A stretch of 63,671 nucleotides of DNA, filler included, from Dimorphilus gyrociliatus (lineage: Eukaryota > Animalia > Annelida), in NCBI GenBank assembly GCA_904063045.1. It is 5 parts of 5 records of this genome, joined end to end, with 100 filler letters (N's around TTAATTAATTAA, not from the genome) between each part and the next. Parts side by side here need not be neighbours in the genome. Positions count along the whole stretch, not along the records: positions 1 to 18,467 come from CAJFCJ010000185.1; 4 more parts are not named here. One strand, 5' to 3'. Within the stretch, counting starts at the first letter, position 1. Each line of letters begins with the position of its first letter. A program made the translations under genes and the position numbers. This document shows positions 1-11,736 of this stretch, piece by piece. The notes beneath the pieces were generated by a model, which did not search any database, was not told the origin of the DNA, and saw only the letters and a list, made by a program, of their open reading frames with translations.

Positions 1-68
1 ATATTAATTTCTATTTAATTTTAAAAAAAAATTTATAGATAAAATTTTTTTATCTTGTCCTTAAAATA

Positions 69-375
69 TGTGCACTTAGATATAAGGGTACATTAGAAAG
101 ACTGGTGAGACAGGCCTGTTTGCTGTGGCACATGTTTGGCATGTGGCCCTAATCTTAGGATTATATTTTATATGTGTGATATAACAGTCTTTCATATTTT
201 TGTTACATGAGAATTATGAGACTGTCAGATTTCAACTTTGAAATCATTTGACCACTTGAACCCAAGCTTTGGAAAATGTATAAAAGGAAATGCATTTCCT
301 CAGCTTGTCAGTTCAGTTCTTTAACTGTTAACTGGTTGTTTAAACTTACTTGTTTAGAACTAGAAACTCATTTTG
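69..375 (+). repeat. 5' LTR (family LTR-1) of the adjacent Ty3/gypsy element, internally deleted and 3'-truncated
   Basis: Starts TGTGCACTTAG. 170-375 aligns with the reverse complement of 42310-42510 and with other dispersed copies (shared CAGTTCAG...TTGTTTAGAACTAGAAACTC). TATA-like GTATAAAAGG near 278. Runs straight into gag with no PBS, implying a deletion. Confidence 0.75.
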
Positions 376-2554
376 TTGACAGCTCACAATTCAACTCTAA
401 GGAATGATATTTTGGTTTATGAAAGTGACAAAACCAGAACAAAAGAAACAGATGAGTATCTCTCTAAAATAAATGAATTAATGTTGAGAATTAAGGGTAG
501 TGGAGCCAAGATTGATGGTAATAGCTTTTTGAAATACCATTCATTAACTGGGGCAACTACAATTCCTGAAGGTATGGTTAATCCTGATCCTACTCAACCA
601 AAATTCAGTAATTCTGGCATTCAAGATAATGATTTGGTAAAGACAATTGCAAGTCAAAATGTAACACCTCACCCAGTACAAAATCCCAATGTGGATATTA
701 CAACCTTAATTCAAACATTAAGAGCTGCTTGGGACCGCCCTCAAAGAGCTATCCTCAGGTTATATGATGGTAGCAAGGAATGTTCAAAATTCAAGGAGGA
801 CTTTTATCAAGCATGCCATGCTTACAGTTGGGTTGGTGAACATAGTATGAAAGCAAATCTTTTAGATTACTTAACTGGCCCTGCAAGGGATTTGGTGTTA
901 GCTCTTGAGGGAGAGCCTACTTTAGAAGAAATATGGAAAGCCCTCAGTGATGAATTTGATCTTGATCCAAGGGAATATTAAGAGAAATTGTACACTTTGA
1001 AACAAATGAGTGGAGAAAGTGTGGTTCAGTTTGTGAACAGAGCAAAGAGAATGATAAAGAAGTTTTCTCCACCCAGGCCAATGAACCCACAATTGGTTTC
1101 AACAATGAAAGAAATAAAACTGATGGAAGTTTCAAAGAGGATTACAAGAGGATGTTTTACAGTTGGTAAACACCCTGCATCCAAGATGTCAGACATTGGC
1201 AGAATTATATGATGCTGCTAAAAAAGCAGAAATTTCATTAAAGTTAAACCAGAGAAAACCAATCACAATGGTGTCTAAGTTGGAAACAAAGGAACAAAAA
1301 AAGACCAAAGTGATTAACAAAGATGCTTTGACAGAAACTCCAAGTTTTTGGAATAGACAGCATCTGCCTGACTACAGGAAGGCTACTAAAGAAAAGTGGC
1401 AAAGCCAGAAATTCCAAAAGTATGGACCCCCTATGAACAGGTATTATAAGAAAAATCAACAAGCCAAGTTGATCCTGAAGGAGGAACCTAAGCTACAAAA
1501 ATTGGAAACACTGGAAAATGACAGTTCATCAGAAAATGATGAAGTACAAGATATTCTCTGTTTTTCTGATAGTGAAGAATCTTTATGTCAGTTTTTACGA
1601 AGTAAACAAACTGAGAGAAATTCTTCAACTTTTATTGGACAATTTGAAACTAATACTGGCTTTAAATTTGATGCCTTAATAGACTCTGGTAGTGACAGGT
1701 CTTTTGTTTCAAAAAAAGTATTAAAACAAATTCAAGGAAAAGCATCTTTTCCAGAGCCAACTGTGAAAAATGCTAGAGATGCTTCAGGCAACAGCATTGA
1801 GATATATGGCAAAATTATTTTAAAACTACACATCAATGGGAAAATTATTAAGCAAAGCTTCCTAATCAACAAAACCATAACACAAAAGTGTATTATCGGT
1901 TGTGATTTTCTACAACAGACTGGAGCAACTCTTGACTTTTACAAAAGACAAATTATACTGCAGTCAATTGCAGAAAAGAATTATCCACTTGGAACTCAAC
2001 ATTTATCCTTCAAAGGACTTCACCCAGTTCCTTCCAGCACTAAGAAAACTGAGAGTCAAATACATACTCTTCAGACAAATATTGAACAGGAAAATTCAGA
2101 GCTGGAACTAAAAGTCACAAAAATTCTGGAAAAATATCAAGATACTATTGCAGAAGACAGATTTGACATTGGAAATCCACATGTGCCACCCCTGGAAATT
2201 ACTTTACAACCAGGTTCAACCCCATATAGACAAAAGCCATATAGAATGCCTCCTCAAAAACAAGAAGAGTGCAAGCAACAAATAGCTGAATTAGTAAAAA
2301 GCAAAGTTATTGAACCAAGCAAGAGTAACTGGGCTTCACCAATTGTTTTTGTAAGAAAGAAGGAAGGTAGTCTACGAATGTGTGCAGATTACAGAAAACT
2401 CAACAACATGACAATAAAGAACAAGTATCCACTGCCAAATCAAGAGGATCTATTTGATCATCTGGGAGGAGGAAATAAATTCTTTTCTACAATGGATTTG
2501 ACAAGTGCATACCACCATATTAATATCAAGGAAGAAGATAGAAATGTTCAATAA
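373..2554 (+). mobile_element. Ty3/gypsy gag-protease-RT pseudogene, truncated in RT
   Basis: Gag-like QMSGESVVQF and HPRCQTLAELYDAA; aspartic protease FDALIDSGSDRSFVS; RT motifs PYRQKPYRMP, SNWASPIVFVRKKEGSLRMCADYRKLN, FFSTMDLTSAYHHI. In-frame TAA at 979-981, frameshift near 1180, ends at 2554 before YxDD; no RNase H or integrase. Confidence 0.95.
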
Positions 2555-2778
2555 TTGAAAAATGAATTTATATATTTTGAAAGATATTTATACTTTTCAA
2601 TGATGAAATGAGCAATCATTTTATCCACCAAAGAAAAAAATATAAATTGTAATTGTAAATCTATTTATACAACAGTATCCATAAGAGGGTAAAATAACTA
2701 GGTTAAACATTCAAATTATGGGATGATTATTATTTAGGATTAATAGCAGCAATGGATCTATTGGAAAAGTATCAAATA

Positions 2779-4172
2779 TAGTAGTCCACATAAATTTTGG
2801 TACACCCTAAATTTGGATAGGCCAAATTTAAAGTAATGTTCAAAAATGATTTTTCCCACTAAAATAGTTTTTTTTGTCTAAATTTATATAGATAAAGAGT
2901 AATATTTATGTAATATTGAAAAAAATTGAGAAAATGACGATATTTGGGAATATTATCAGCAAAATATTTTTTTGTGATTTTCATGAATTTTTTCTTTATT
3001 TGGCAGGGCTTCATAATAATTGGTACAGACACTTGATTTCTGGTTTGTCATTTAAAAAAACATTGTAAACTGAAATTTTTTTGACTTATTCAATTCTCCA
3101 ATTTAAGTTTAACTATTATTGTCAATTTTAATTATATTACTTAATTTTTATTGTATTTATTTAACTATGATGTGGAGTAAAGACATTGGGGATCTTGTAC
3201 TAAGGAAATATAGGGAAATAGGAAAAGTAAGAGCAACAGCAAGGGTTTTGGGGATGGCAGCATCATCAGTTAGCAATATTTTATGATACAATCCACCAGA
3301 ACAGGAGAATAGGGGTCATCCAAAGAGACTTACAGAGAGACACATAGGCAGGATGAAAAGAATAATAAAGAAATTGAAAAGAAATAAGGAAAGGGTGATA
3401 GTGGGAAAAAATTTACAGGAATTAGAAGTAGATGTTAGCCTAGCAACAATACAGAGAGCTGAAAAGACAAAATTTCAAGTATAAACAGTAAGACAAAGAC
3501 CTGACCTCACATTCAACAATTGCAAAAGAAGAAAAATGTATTGCCTTAAGATGATCAGTGATAATCTAGACTGGTCTAAAGTAATTTTCACTGACAAGGC
3601 TAGCTTCTCACTGAGTGGCCCTGATGACTTCAGAACATGGACAAATAATGGTGAAAAAGAATTCAGGGTGACGAAAAATATGAGCAGAGGTGGAGTAATG
3701 GTTTGGGGACTCATAACATTGGATGGAGTATTTGAGATATAGAGGATAAAGAAGAAACTTAATGCTGACAACTATAGCAGTTTTATTGTGGAAGATGTTC
3801 TGCCTGTAATAGAAGATATATCAGCAAAAATGGGGAGGCAGTACATCTTCCAGCAAGACAATGATGGTCCACAATTGGAATCTGAAGAGGAATTATGGAA
3901 GAAAATCCAAAAGTGCTGTTTTGAGGTCATAAAAAGGCAACCAGACTTGTTACCAAATTTATACAGAGGAATGGGGCATAGAGTCAGCAAGTGTTTAGAA
4001 AAGGAGGGTGGTTACATTGAAAAATAGAAAAAATATGAACATTAAACCCCCTGTACCAATTATTATGAAGTGAGGACAAATAAGAAAAAAATCAATAAAA
4101 CAATACAAAGGATTGTTAATGTTCAGCCTATCAAAGTATATGGTGTACCAAAAAAATTTATGCAGACTACTT
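2779..4172 (+). mobile_element. Tc1-like transposon, family A, with internally deleted transposase pseudogene (3167-4027)
   Basis: TA-flanked TIRs TAGTAGTCCACATAAATTTTGGTACACC and (rc) AAGTAGTCTGCATAAATTTTTTTGGTACACC; inner repeats near 2990-3030 and 4050-4090. VIFTDKASF and YIFQQDN motifs; the WPxxSPDLNPIE block is deleted; stops and frameshifts. Confidence 0.92.
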
Positions 4173-4269
4173 TATGGAAGATGTTCACACTGTCATAGAA
4201 GAGTTTAAAGCAAAAATGGGCAGGAAGTACTTTTGCAAAAAAATACTTATGCTCATAACAATATAAAAG

Positions 4270-4470
4270 TTGAATAGCAGAGTAGATATTTTGTAATAGC
4301 AGGGTGCCAAATTGCCAAACTAGTGTCCAATGTTGAAAGGATAGGAGGTTTGTCCCAGTGGTGATTGTTTCCAGTTGATCTTTCCAGTTTAAGGTAAGAC
4401 AGTTAGAGTAAAACAGTGTGGGTTTATATACTTGTAGGATTGTCTCAAATATCCAATCTTCAAATTATGT
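4270..4470 (-). repeat. Diverged fragment of LTR-2
   Basis: Reverse complement aligns with the TATA-to-CTACTCTGCTATT segment of the solo LTR at 12368-13002. Confidence 0.7.
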
Positions 4471-4547
4471 TAATCAGTAGATTTTTAAAATTTAAACACT
4501 TCTTTATCATACCAATATAGCTGTTTAATAAGTCCTCACTAGTCTCG

Positions 4548-4833
4548 TTCGGCATGCAGCTTCCATCTGGACCCAAGGACCTGGGAAGATCACCTGGAAA
4601 CAACCTCCACTGGAACCATCCATCTACTCCTCAACATTGGAAGACAGTTTGGTAATTTGGCAGCCTGCTATTACGAACTATCTACTCTGCTATTGAATTC
4701 TCATATTGTTACTTGCTTAAGTATTATTATTGCGAATAAATTGTTTTAATTTAAACATTTGTTTAAAGGTTTGAGTAGAACCAGTATTGTTATAACTTGC
4801 AAATGCATAGATTTTGCCAGCAAGAGCAGTACA
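4548..4833 (+). repeat. 3' half of LTR-2
   Basis: Near-identical to 12718-13002; ends GAGCAGTACA. Confidence 0.9.
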
Positions 4834-4844
4834 ATGCAAAAAAA

Positions 4845-5635
4845 CTTTTAAATAGGCAAATGGTTCCCTAAATATTTGGGGTTTTATAAAAAGTGATGGC
4901 AGCAGAGGTATACATTTATATAAAAGCAATTTAAATTTGGAGAAATATCAAGAAATTATTGATAAATCTTTTCTATAGAATTACAATAGGGACCATGTAT
5001 TCATGCAGGATGGTGCTGCATGCTATACATCTAGGAGTACCTTACAGTCTCTAAATGAAAAGAACTTAAGGCACTAGCAAGACTGGCCAGCCCAGAGTCC
5101 TGACTTAAATCCTATTGAAAATTTATGGTCATACCTAAAAGAAAGGGTTGGTAAACATCTGTGAACACATGTTGATGATCTATGGAGGGTAACACAGCAA
5201 GAATTTGACAATATTCCAACTGAATATGTTGAAAAATTGTTTAACAAAGTTAGAAAGAGGCTACAACTGTGTCATTTCAATAAGGTTGGCCATACTAAGT
5301 ATTAAAAAGGTTTAAAAGTATTATTACTATATTTTCATAAAATATTAAAATAATTCATGTATATAAATTGTTAAGGAGTGTCTTAAGGTAGATTTAAAGT
5401 AAAATATTTAATTAAGTAGATGGTGACTCATTTTTAACTAACCCCTTTTTTCGAGGTATAATTACTAAAACTGCATTTTATAAAAGAAAAACAATTTTTT
5501 GATAATTTTTTGGTAAAGGACATTAGTTTATACATATTAATAATTATTATTACCAATTAAAAGTAGTTATTTTGTATATCTTAATATCAAAACTAAAAAT
5601 TTTACAGGGTGGCTGGGGACTTTTTGCCTATACTG
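4845..5635 (+). mobile_element. Tc1-like family B, 3' fragment (DD35E spacing) with right TIR
   Basis: LNIWGFIKSDG, then VFMQDGAACYTSRSTLQSLNEKNLRH*QDWPAQSPDLNPIENLW. Terminus ...GCCTATACTG followed by TA at 5636-5637. Confidence 0.85.
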
Positions 5636-5689
5636 TATATAATATCATTTAAAATATTACATTTTTTAATGTATGTTAATTATTTTTAA

Positions 5690-5827
5690 GTTGGTATGGT
5701 TTATCTTCTTAATGGGTGCTGTTTAACTCCTTTATGGGTACGGTTTAACCCAGGTACAGCTTAACCTGGCTACGGTTTAACCCTCTAGTGTGTATGGTTT
5801 AACCCAGGTATGGTTTCACCTGCTCCC
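5690..5827. repeat. Orphan transposon end with subterminal repeats (TAYGGTTTAACCC), MULE-like
   Basis: About 6 degenerate copies of TACGGTTTAACC ending in CTGCTCCC; same layout as the MULE terminus at 45878-45973. No partner end found. Confidence 0.5.
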
Positions 5828-5841
5828 AACTGCGCCATATT

Positions 5842-6020
5842 TGTACTTTGTTGTATTGTAATTGTAGGAATTTCTTCTTCTTCAGAACAGTATTCATCCT
5901 TTCCAATCATTTATCAATGCACCAAAGTACTCACACCACATAAAACCTTTCAAATTCATCCACAAGTAGTCTTAAGAAATGAAATTTTGGTAGAAATTAA
6001 TCAAAATGCTCTGGTTTTAT
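5842..6020 (-). repeat. 3' fragment of LTR-1
   Basis: TGTACTTTGTTGTATTGTAATTGTAGGAA terminus shared with 14714, 16212, 42100 and the rc at 15326. Confidence 0.85.
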
Positions 6021-7275
6021 AAATATGATGTCATGTTGACATTTCAAAAATTCTTTAATTGCATACATATTGTCCTGGTGGACAGAACACAATCAATACA
6101 CTTCTTAAGGATCTCCTCCACCTAAAAAGATGCACAATTAACTATGTTATAACTTATTTAAAAAAAGCCACACATTTTTTTCAAATTGTTTCTTAAGAAG
6201 AAGTTCTTCCACTAATGAATTTTCCTTCTCATTAAAGTCCAGCAATGCAAAACGTGCAGGATAGGAGAATGCTGGATAAGTTAACATCACCAAGAGAAAA
6301 GTAAAAAGAAGATATTTCATTGTCAGCCAATTGATTAGGTGATATAAAAGATTCTCATGAAAAAAATCATGTAGGTATTGTAGGGATTTAAATAAATTTT
6401 ATTTATTAAATTTGGTAGCATTTTATTTTTGTGTACACAATACTTTTGAATAGTGAACATAATCTAAAATTAGAATTTAAGCATAATTGATATTTAATTC
6501 AACTGCTTTTAGTTCAAAATTCAATACTATTGTGGCCATTCTTTAAGCATATTTGAAAAAAAACAAGTTAGTATTGCAGGTTGCAGAATAGATAAAGCTA
6601 TTTCAATCCTGGTCTTTGTTGTATAAGTTATAAATAACATGCTATTTATACTTTGTTTACAGGTACAGGATTGTTCCAATAAATGCGATAGTTTGATAGG
6701 CGATAGTGTCTCACATGAGTATTGCATGCTTAGTTGCCTTTCATAAATATAATTCTTCATTAGATTAAAATAGAGTTGTTAGTAAACCTCTTAATAACAA
6801 AAATTTTTATGGAATTTTGAAAATAAATTTGAATTTGAAATCAGTACCATCAGAGCTATTTTAAATTAGTTATAAAGATAGGCTGACTACTCTTCAAAAC
6901 TGTACACAATACATTTGTCATTTATTCTGCTATAGAATAGTAGTATTGGAAAAGTATTGAGCAGTATTAAGCTCATTATGATTTGTGTTTCTTTCACTTC
7001 AAATATATGTTCATTATGCTTTATATACAATATATAAACATTACCATTAAAATTTCAGAACATATCTAATATTTAAAAAATACATTATAGTCTTTGAAAG
7101 GATACAAAAGTGCTTTGGAAGTGAATCGAATTGAATGGGAACTTTATGCATTTAGTAATCATCTTTTAGTTGGTCAAAAATCTTTATTCCACTATGAGAA
7201 AATTCAGGAATGTACTTATAATCTCTGATTTGCCCAGTTACATTATAACATATTTGTTTTGTAGACATTTTTGAA

Positions 7276-7660
7276 GTGTCAATTTTCATCAATAAGGCTA
7301 GATTCACAGTGAGTGGCCTTGATGACTTCAGAACATGCACAAATCACGGTGAAAAGAGGGCTGACCTCAGCCAAATTGAAAACATGTGGCATTTGACCAA
7401 AAAACTAGTTTATGATGGTCCACAATTGGAATCTGAAAAGGAATTAAGGAAGAAAATCCAAAAGTCTTGTTATGAGATTGTAAAAAGGCAATCAGACTTG
7501 TTACCAAATTTATACAGGGGAATGGGGCATAGAGTCAGCAAGTGTTCAGAAAAAGAGGGTGTTTACATTGAAAAATAGAAAAAATATCAACATTAAACCC
7601 CCTGGACCAATTATTTTGCTGCACGGTCAAATAAGAAAAAAATCAATAAAACAATACATA
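7276..7660 (+). mobile_element. Tc1 family A 3' fragment with an internal deletion
   Basis: FINKARFTVSGLDDFRT...LSQIENMWHLTK...GMGHRVSKC; collinear with 3590-4090, including the inner TIR repeat. Confidence 0.9.
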
Positions 7661-7974
7661 ATATCAAAAAAAGAATTATATCAAAACTTACAAAAATCCT
7701 ATTTAGAAGATATTTGTATATATATCTGTACTTTCCTACTGGAGTTGTAGGTAAGTACTTCTCCAAATAGAACCAAATTAGGAGTAAGCCACTTAGAAGA
7801 GAGATGTAGAATTGAGGGAGGATCAATATAGAACCAAAATGTAAGAATAATATAACTGTATTCTAAAGTAATACTAGACCTGTTCACTAAGGGAGTTGAT
7901 TCAGGACTGAATGCCTGTTACTGCCTACGCCCTGCTTTTATACAATTCCTTATCAGTTGTTTATGCCTTAGCTG

Positions 7975-8150
7975 TCAACAACAAGGGTTTGACCCCAGAT
8001 AAGGATTGTTCACAACAAACAGGGTCAAGGGTTGTCAAATTATGCAAAAGCGATATAAACATCAAAGGTCTAACCCCAGAAAAGGGTTGTTCACAACAAA
8101 TAGGGTCAATGGTTATCATATTATACAATAGTGATGTAAACAACAACAAC
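7975..8150 (+). repeat. 81-bp (27-codon) tandem repeat, about 2.2 copies
   Basis: ACCCCAGA recurs with 81-bp spacing (near 7992 and 8073); inside ORF 7911-8201 (NNKGLTPDKDCSQQ.. / NIKGLTPEKGCSQQ..). Confidence 0.7.
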
Positions 8151-8412
8151 TTTGTGCAGGTTACCCCCCCAAATGTCAATTCTTACATCATATTTATGTA
8201 AATAAATACTTGTTGTTGTCAACATGTTTGATTATGTAACATCTTATTCTTTGCCTATAAAAGGGGGTGGTTCTGGCAGTTCTGTACCATCTACCTCAGG
8301 GGCAACATCTACTTCAACAGTTCTACCATATGGTAAGTATTATTTATGAAATATCTATAAACTATAGTTCATAAGTGTACAATATCTATGTTTAATCTAA
8401 TATTTAGGACAG

Positions 8413-8537
8413 TGTACAACTTTGGTTATATTTAACATGCTTGAACTCTATTATTTTATGCAACTTATACATGTACATCTTAAAACCTATGCAAGAAAAT
8501 GCTATAACATTGGCCAAACAATGGTTTGATTAGTCAG
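8413..8537 (+). repeat. 5' fragment of LTR-2
   Basis: TGTACAACTTTGG start; about 99% identical to the rc of 9060-9166 over about 108 bp. Confidence 0.9.
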
Positions 8538-8570
8538 ATTAATCAGTCACAATCTTTAGTGATATCATAT

Positions 8571-9166
8571 TGTACTGCTCTTGCTTGGCAAATTTATGCA
8601 TTTGCAAGTTACAGCAATACTGGTTCTACTCAAACCTTTAAACAAATGTTTAAAATGAAATGGTTTATTCTCAATAATAATACTTAAGCAAGTAACAATA
8701 TGAGAGTTCAATAGCAGAGTAGATAGTTCCTAATAGCAGGTTGCCAAATTACCAAACTGTCTTCCAATGTTGAGGAGTAGATGGATGTTTCCAGTGGAGG
8801 TTGTTTCCAGGTGATCTTCCCAGGTTGTTGAGTCCAGATAGGAATGCTTAAAATGAAAATAGTGAGGATTTATATACTTTGAGATTTGCCTCTGATATCT
8901 AATCATCACTTTACAGTTGTGGGAATGTGTAGTTCATATTTATCTTAAGTAACAGGATGTTAAAAGGTTCAACATTTAGGAAGGTTAATTGAATTATAAC
9001 TTGGCCAAACCTTTATTGGTAATTAAAGATGAGCCTTCAAGCTGACTAATCAGACTTATGTTTGGCCAATGTTATAGCATTTTCTTGCATAGGTTTTAAG
9101 ATGTACATGTATAAGTTGCATAAAATAATAGAGTTGAAGCATGTTAAATATAACCAAAGTTGTACA
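8571..9166 (-). repeat. Full-length solo LTR-2
   Basis: TG...CA ends, collinear with 12368-13002 but lacking its internal tandem duplication; flanks (ATAT / TCAG) do not form a TSD. Confidence 0.88.
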
Positions 9167-9387
9167 TCAGTAATGTTGTATGGTTTTTTAAATGTTATTT
9201 CAATTTTATCATCAACAGAAGTGGAACTACTAGATGTCAACCAAGAATCCATATTCATCCAATGAGGAGATAGAGCATTTTCACAAACAAAATTTAAGGG
9301 AGCTTTAGTATTATCAGGCAGTTTTAAATTTTTAGAATAACTTTCACAATCATTTGACAAATCAGCAACATTTATTAATTTCATTTC
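9167..9387 (-). pseudogene. Exon encoding a discoidin/galactose-binding-like domain fragment, cut by LTR-2
   Basis: CENALSPHWMNMDSWLTSSSSTSVDDKIEITFKKPYNITD resembles the F5/8 type C W..IEI.F..P..IT pattern; AG acceptor upstream; ORF 9046-9384 reads on into the LTR. Confidence 0.45.
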
Positions 9388-9758
9388 TGTATTTTAAATA
9401 GAATATAAAAACATTTAAAAATTTTACAAACATATATAAACTTGTATCTACAAGAACAATAGATATTAAGAAGAAAAGAAGATAACAAATTGTACACAGC
9501 ATGTGCACAGATTATGATTTTTACACAATATATTATTAGTATTTTTGACTTTTCTGAGTTGATATATCAGTTGTGGTACAATAATTTTACCATTAGCTAA
9601 ATAAAAACACAGATGAAAAAATTATGTAAAAATTTTAAAAACTTATCAATTTGTTTTAATATAAACTTTTGACATTAAAATTTCATAGTGATTTTACCAA
9701 CATTTGAATGGTATGTGTCAAGTTTGAATTGGTATCACCCTTCAAGTCGAAGTTGATA

Positions 9759-11417
9759 TTAAAGAGCAGCTTCATTATTATTATTATCAGTATCCTCATC
9801 CTCCTCCTCATCATCATCATCATCATCAACACCATCATAGCTGTTGCTGTAGACATGATCTTCATCATCATCAGGATTGATTCCATTGTAAAAATCATAA
9901 ATGCAAGGACATATATTGCAATTTGGAAATATTTCCGCTAAATATGTTTGTTGATCCAAAGTCATTCTACAATGAGCAAAGGAAATTTCTTTTAAAGTGT
10001 TGGAAGATAATTTCAATGATTCAGCTAATTCTTTCAATCTCTTTCCTATTCCTTTATTTTTAGACAAATCTACAATTTCTAATGAAGATAAAGTTTGAAA
10101 TAGTTGTTGGAGACATTCAATTTGTTCATCATTTTCAATACTCTTAGCCATACTGAAATCCTTTAGACATTTAGCAGAGGACTGTAGACCACTGCATACA
10201 ATTTTAAATCCATCTTCCGTTTTTGGATTAAATGATAAATCAATATTTTCTATTGAGTGACAATATTGAAGCATTTCTCCCAGCCACTCAGCCTGTCGAT
10301 TGTTTAAATTGCATCTAAATAGAATAAGCTTTGTTAAAGTTTTACAAGATGATTTGAGTCCTTCAAATATTGTTTTTAATCCAAAACCCATTTCTTCATT
10401 ACAAGACAAGTCAACATATTTTAAAGATGAACAATGATAAAATAATTCTCCAATAACTTTAGCTTCTTTATCAGTAATTTTACAATTAACAAAAACAATA
10501 GAACTTAAACTATTGGCAGATGATTGTAATTGTTGAAAAATCATTTTAGATTCATTTCCTATTTGATTATTGCAAGTTAAATCAACTTTCTCTAATGAAG
10601 AACATTGTTGAAAGAATTCTCCAAAAAGTTCTCCTCCTTCATCATCCAATTGGCAATATTGTAAAATGATTTCTTTTAAAGTTATTGAAGAGGATTTCAG
10701 ACCTTGTACAATTATATGAGTTTTATTTTTATGAAAATAAGAATTGGATAAATCTACTATCTCTAATGAACAACAGGATTGAAATAATTCTCTTAGATAT
10801 ATTTCTTGCTCCTTAGAAACACAATCAGCCAGTAATATTTTCTTTAAACTGCTTGAAGAACCCTTTAGTCCATCAACAATAGTTTTAAATCCATTTTCCA
10901 TTTTGGTATTGTAAGATAAATTAATGTGAACTAAGGAAGAACATTTCTTGAATAATTCTCCTAAGCTGTTTGCCTGCTCTCTTTTCAAGTCACAATTACT
11001 AAAGTCAACTTTCTTTAAAGTGATTGAAGATGATTCAAGTCCTTCGCAAATCATTTGAAATCCTATTCTCATACTGTTATTGCAATGTAAATCTATACAT
11101 TCCAACGATTGGCACTCTTTCAATAGTTTTCCTATATATTCTGCTTGTTCTTCACTCAAATCACATGAATTTAGACAAATTTCGTTCAAATTTTTTGCAG
11201 AATATTGAAGTCCATTTAAAAAAACTTTTAATCCATCTTCCATACAATAGTTCTGGCTAAAATTCACATTTTCTATTGAACAGATAGTCTTAAGTCTTTC
11301 TCCCAAACAATCTATGTCATCTCCTTTCAAATTACAATGAATGATATTGAGTTGTTTCAATGTGTTTGAAGAGGATTGCAGTATTTTACAAACAATTTCA
11401 GAAATACTTTTAACCAT
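9759..11417 (-). CDS. Ribonuclease-inhibitor-like LRR protein with acidic tail (552 aa, possibly 5'-incomplete)
   Basis: About 17 LRRs alternating 28 aa (LK.I.L..C.L) and 29 aa (LE.VDLS.N..M..GF); D/E-rich C-terminus; uninterrupted ORF. Confidence 0.9.
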   Translation of the reverse strand: MVKSISEIVCKILQSSSNTLKQLNIIHCNLKGDDIDCLGERLKTICSIENVNFSQNYCMEDGLKVFLNGLQYSAKNLNEICLNSCDLSEEQAEYIGKLLKECQSLECIDLHCNNSMRIGFQMICEGLESSSITLKKVDFSNCDLKREQANSLGELFKKCSSLVHINLSYNTKMENGFKTIVDGLKGSSSSLKKILLADCVSKEQEIYLRELFQSCCSLEIVDLSNSYFHKNKTHIIVQGLKSSSITLKEIILQYCQLDDEGGELFGEFFQQCSSLEKVDLTCNNQIGNESKMIFQQLQSSANSLSSIVFVNCKITDKEAKVIGELFYHCSSLKYVDLSCNEEMGFGLKTIFEGLKSSCKTLTKLILFRCNLNNRQAEWLGEMLQYCHSIENIDLSFNPKTEDGFKIVCSGLQSSAKCLKDFSMAKSIENDEQIECLQQLFQTLSSLEIVDLSKNKGIGKRLKELAESLKLSSNTLKEISFAHCRMTLDQQTYLAEIFPNCNICPCIYDFYNGINPDDDEDHVYSNSYDGVDDDDDDEEEDEDTDNNNNEAAL

Positions 11418-11736
11418 TTCTAAAACATTGCAACATGGTTAAAATGGCCATCAAAAAAAATCTGACTATAATAACCTCTTACATTTGAAAACTGACCTTT
11501 ATAGTCTGGTTAAACTCAACAATGACTATGTTTACAATATTAGCTTAGCAACGGGTATGCCTAAATACTATGTGTAGTAATTGAGATTTATCTCCTGTGC
11601 CTGAGCAAATAGAGGGAAAGAAATATATTTGACTCAATTCAGAACAAATAGACAATTATCCTACATTATAATTGGAAATATCAAGAATTGTTTAAAGAAT
11701 ACAATACATACAAAGCTAAATTATAATTCATAAATT

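Noticed and set aside
1150-1212. Programmed gag-pol frameshift
   Set aside because: The shift falls inside gag-like sequence before the HPRCQTL motif with no clear slippery heptamer, and the element is otherwise decayed.
9708-9941. ORFs 9708-9941, 28274-28558, 32796-33164 and 33383-34063 as genes
   Set aside because: Antisense shadows of low-complexity or repeat coding sequence.
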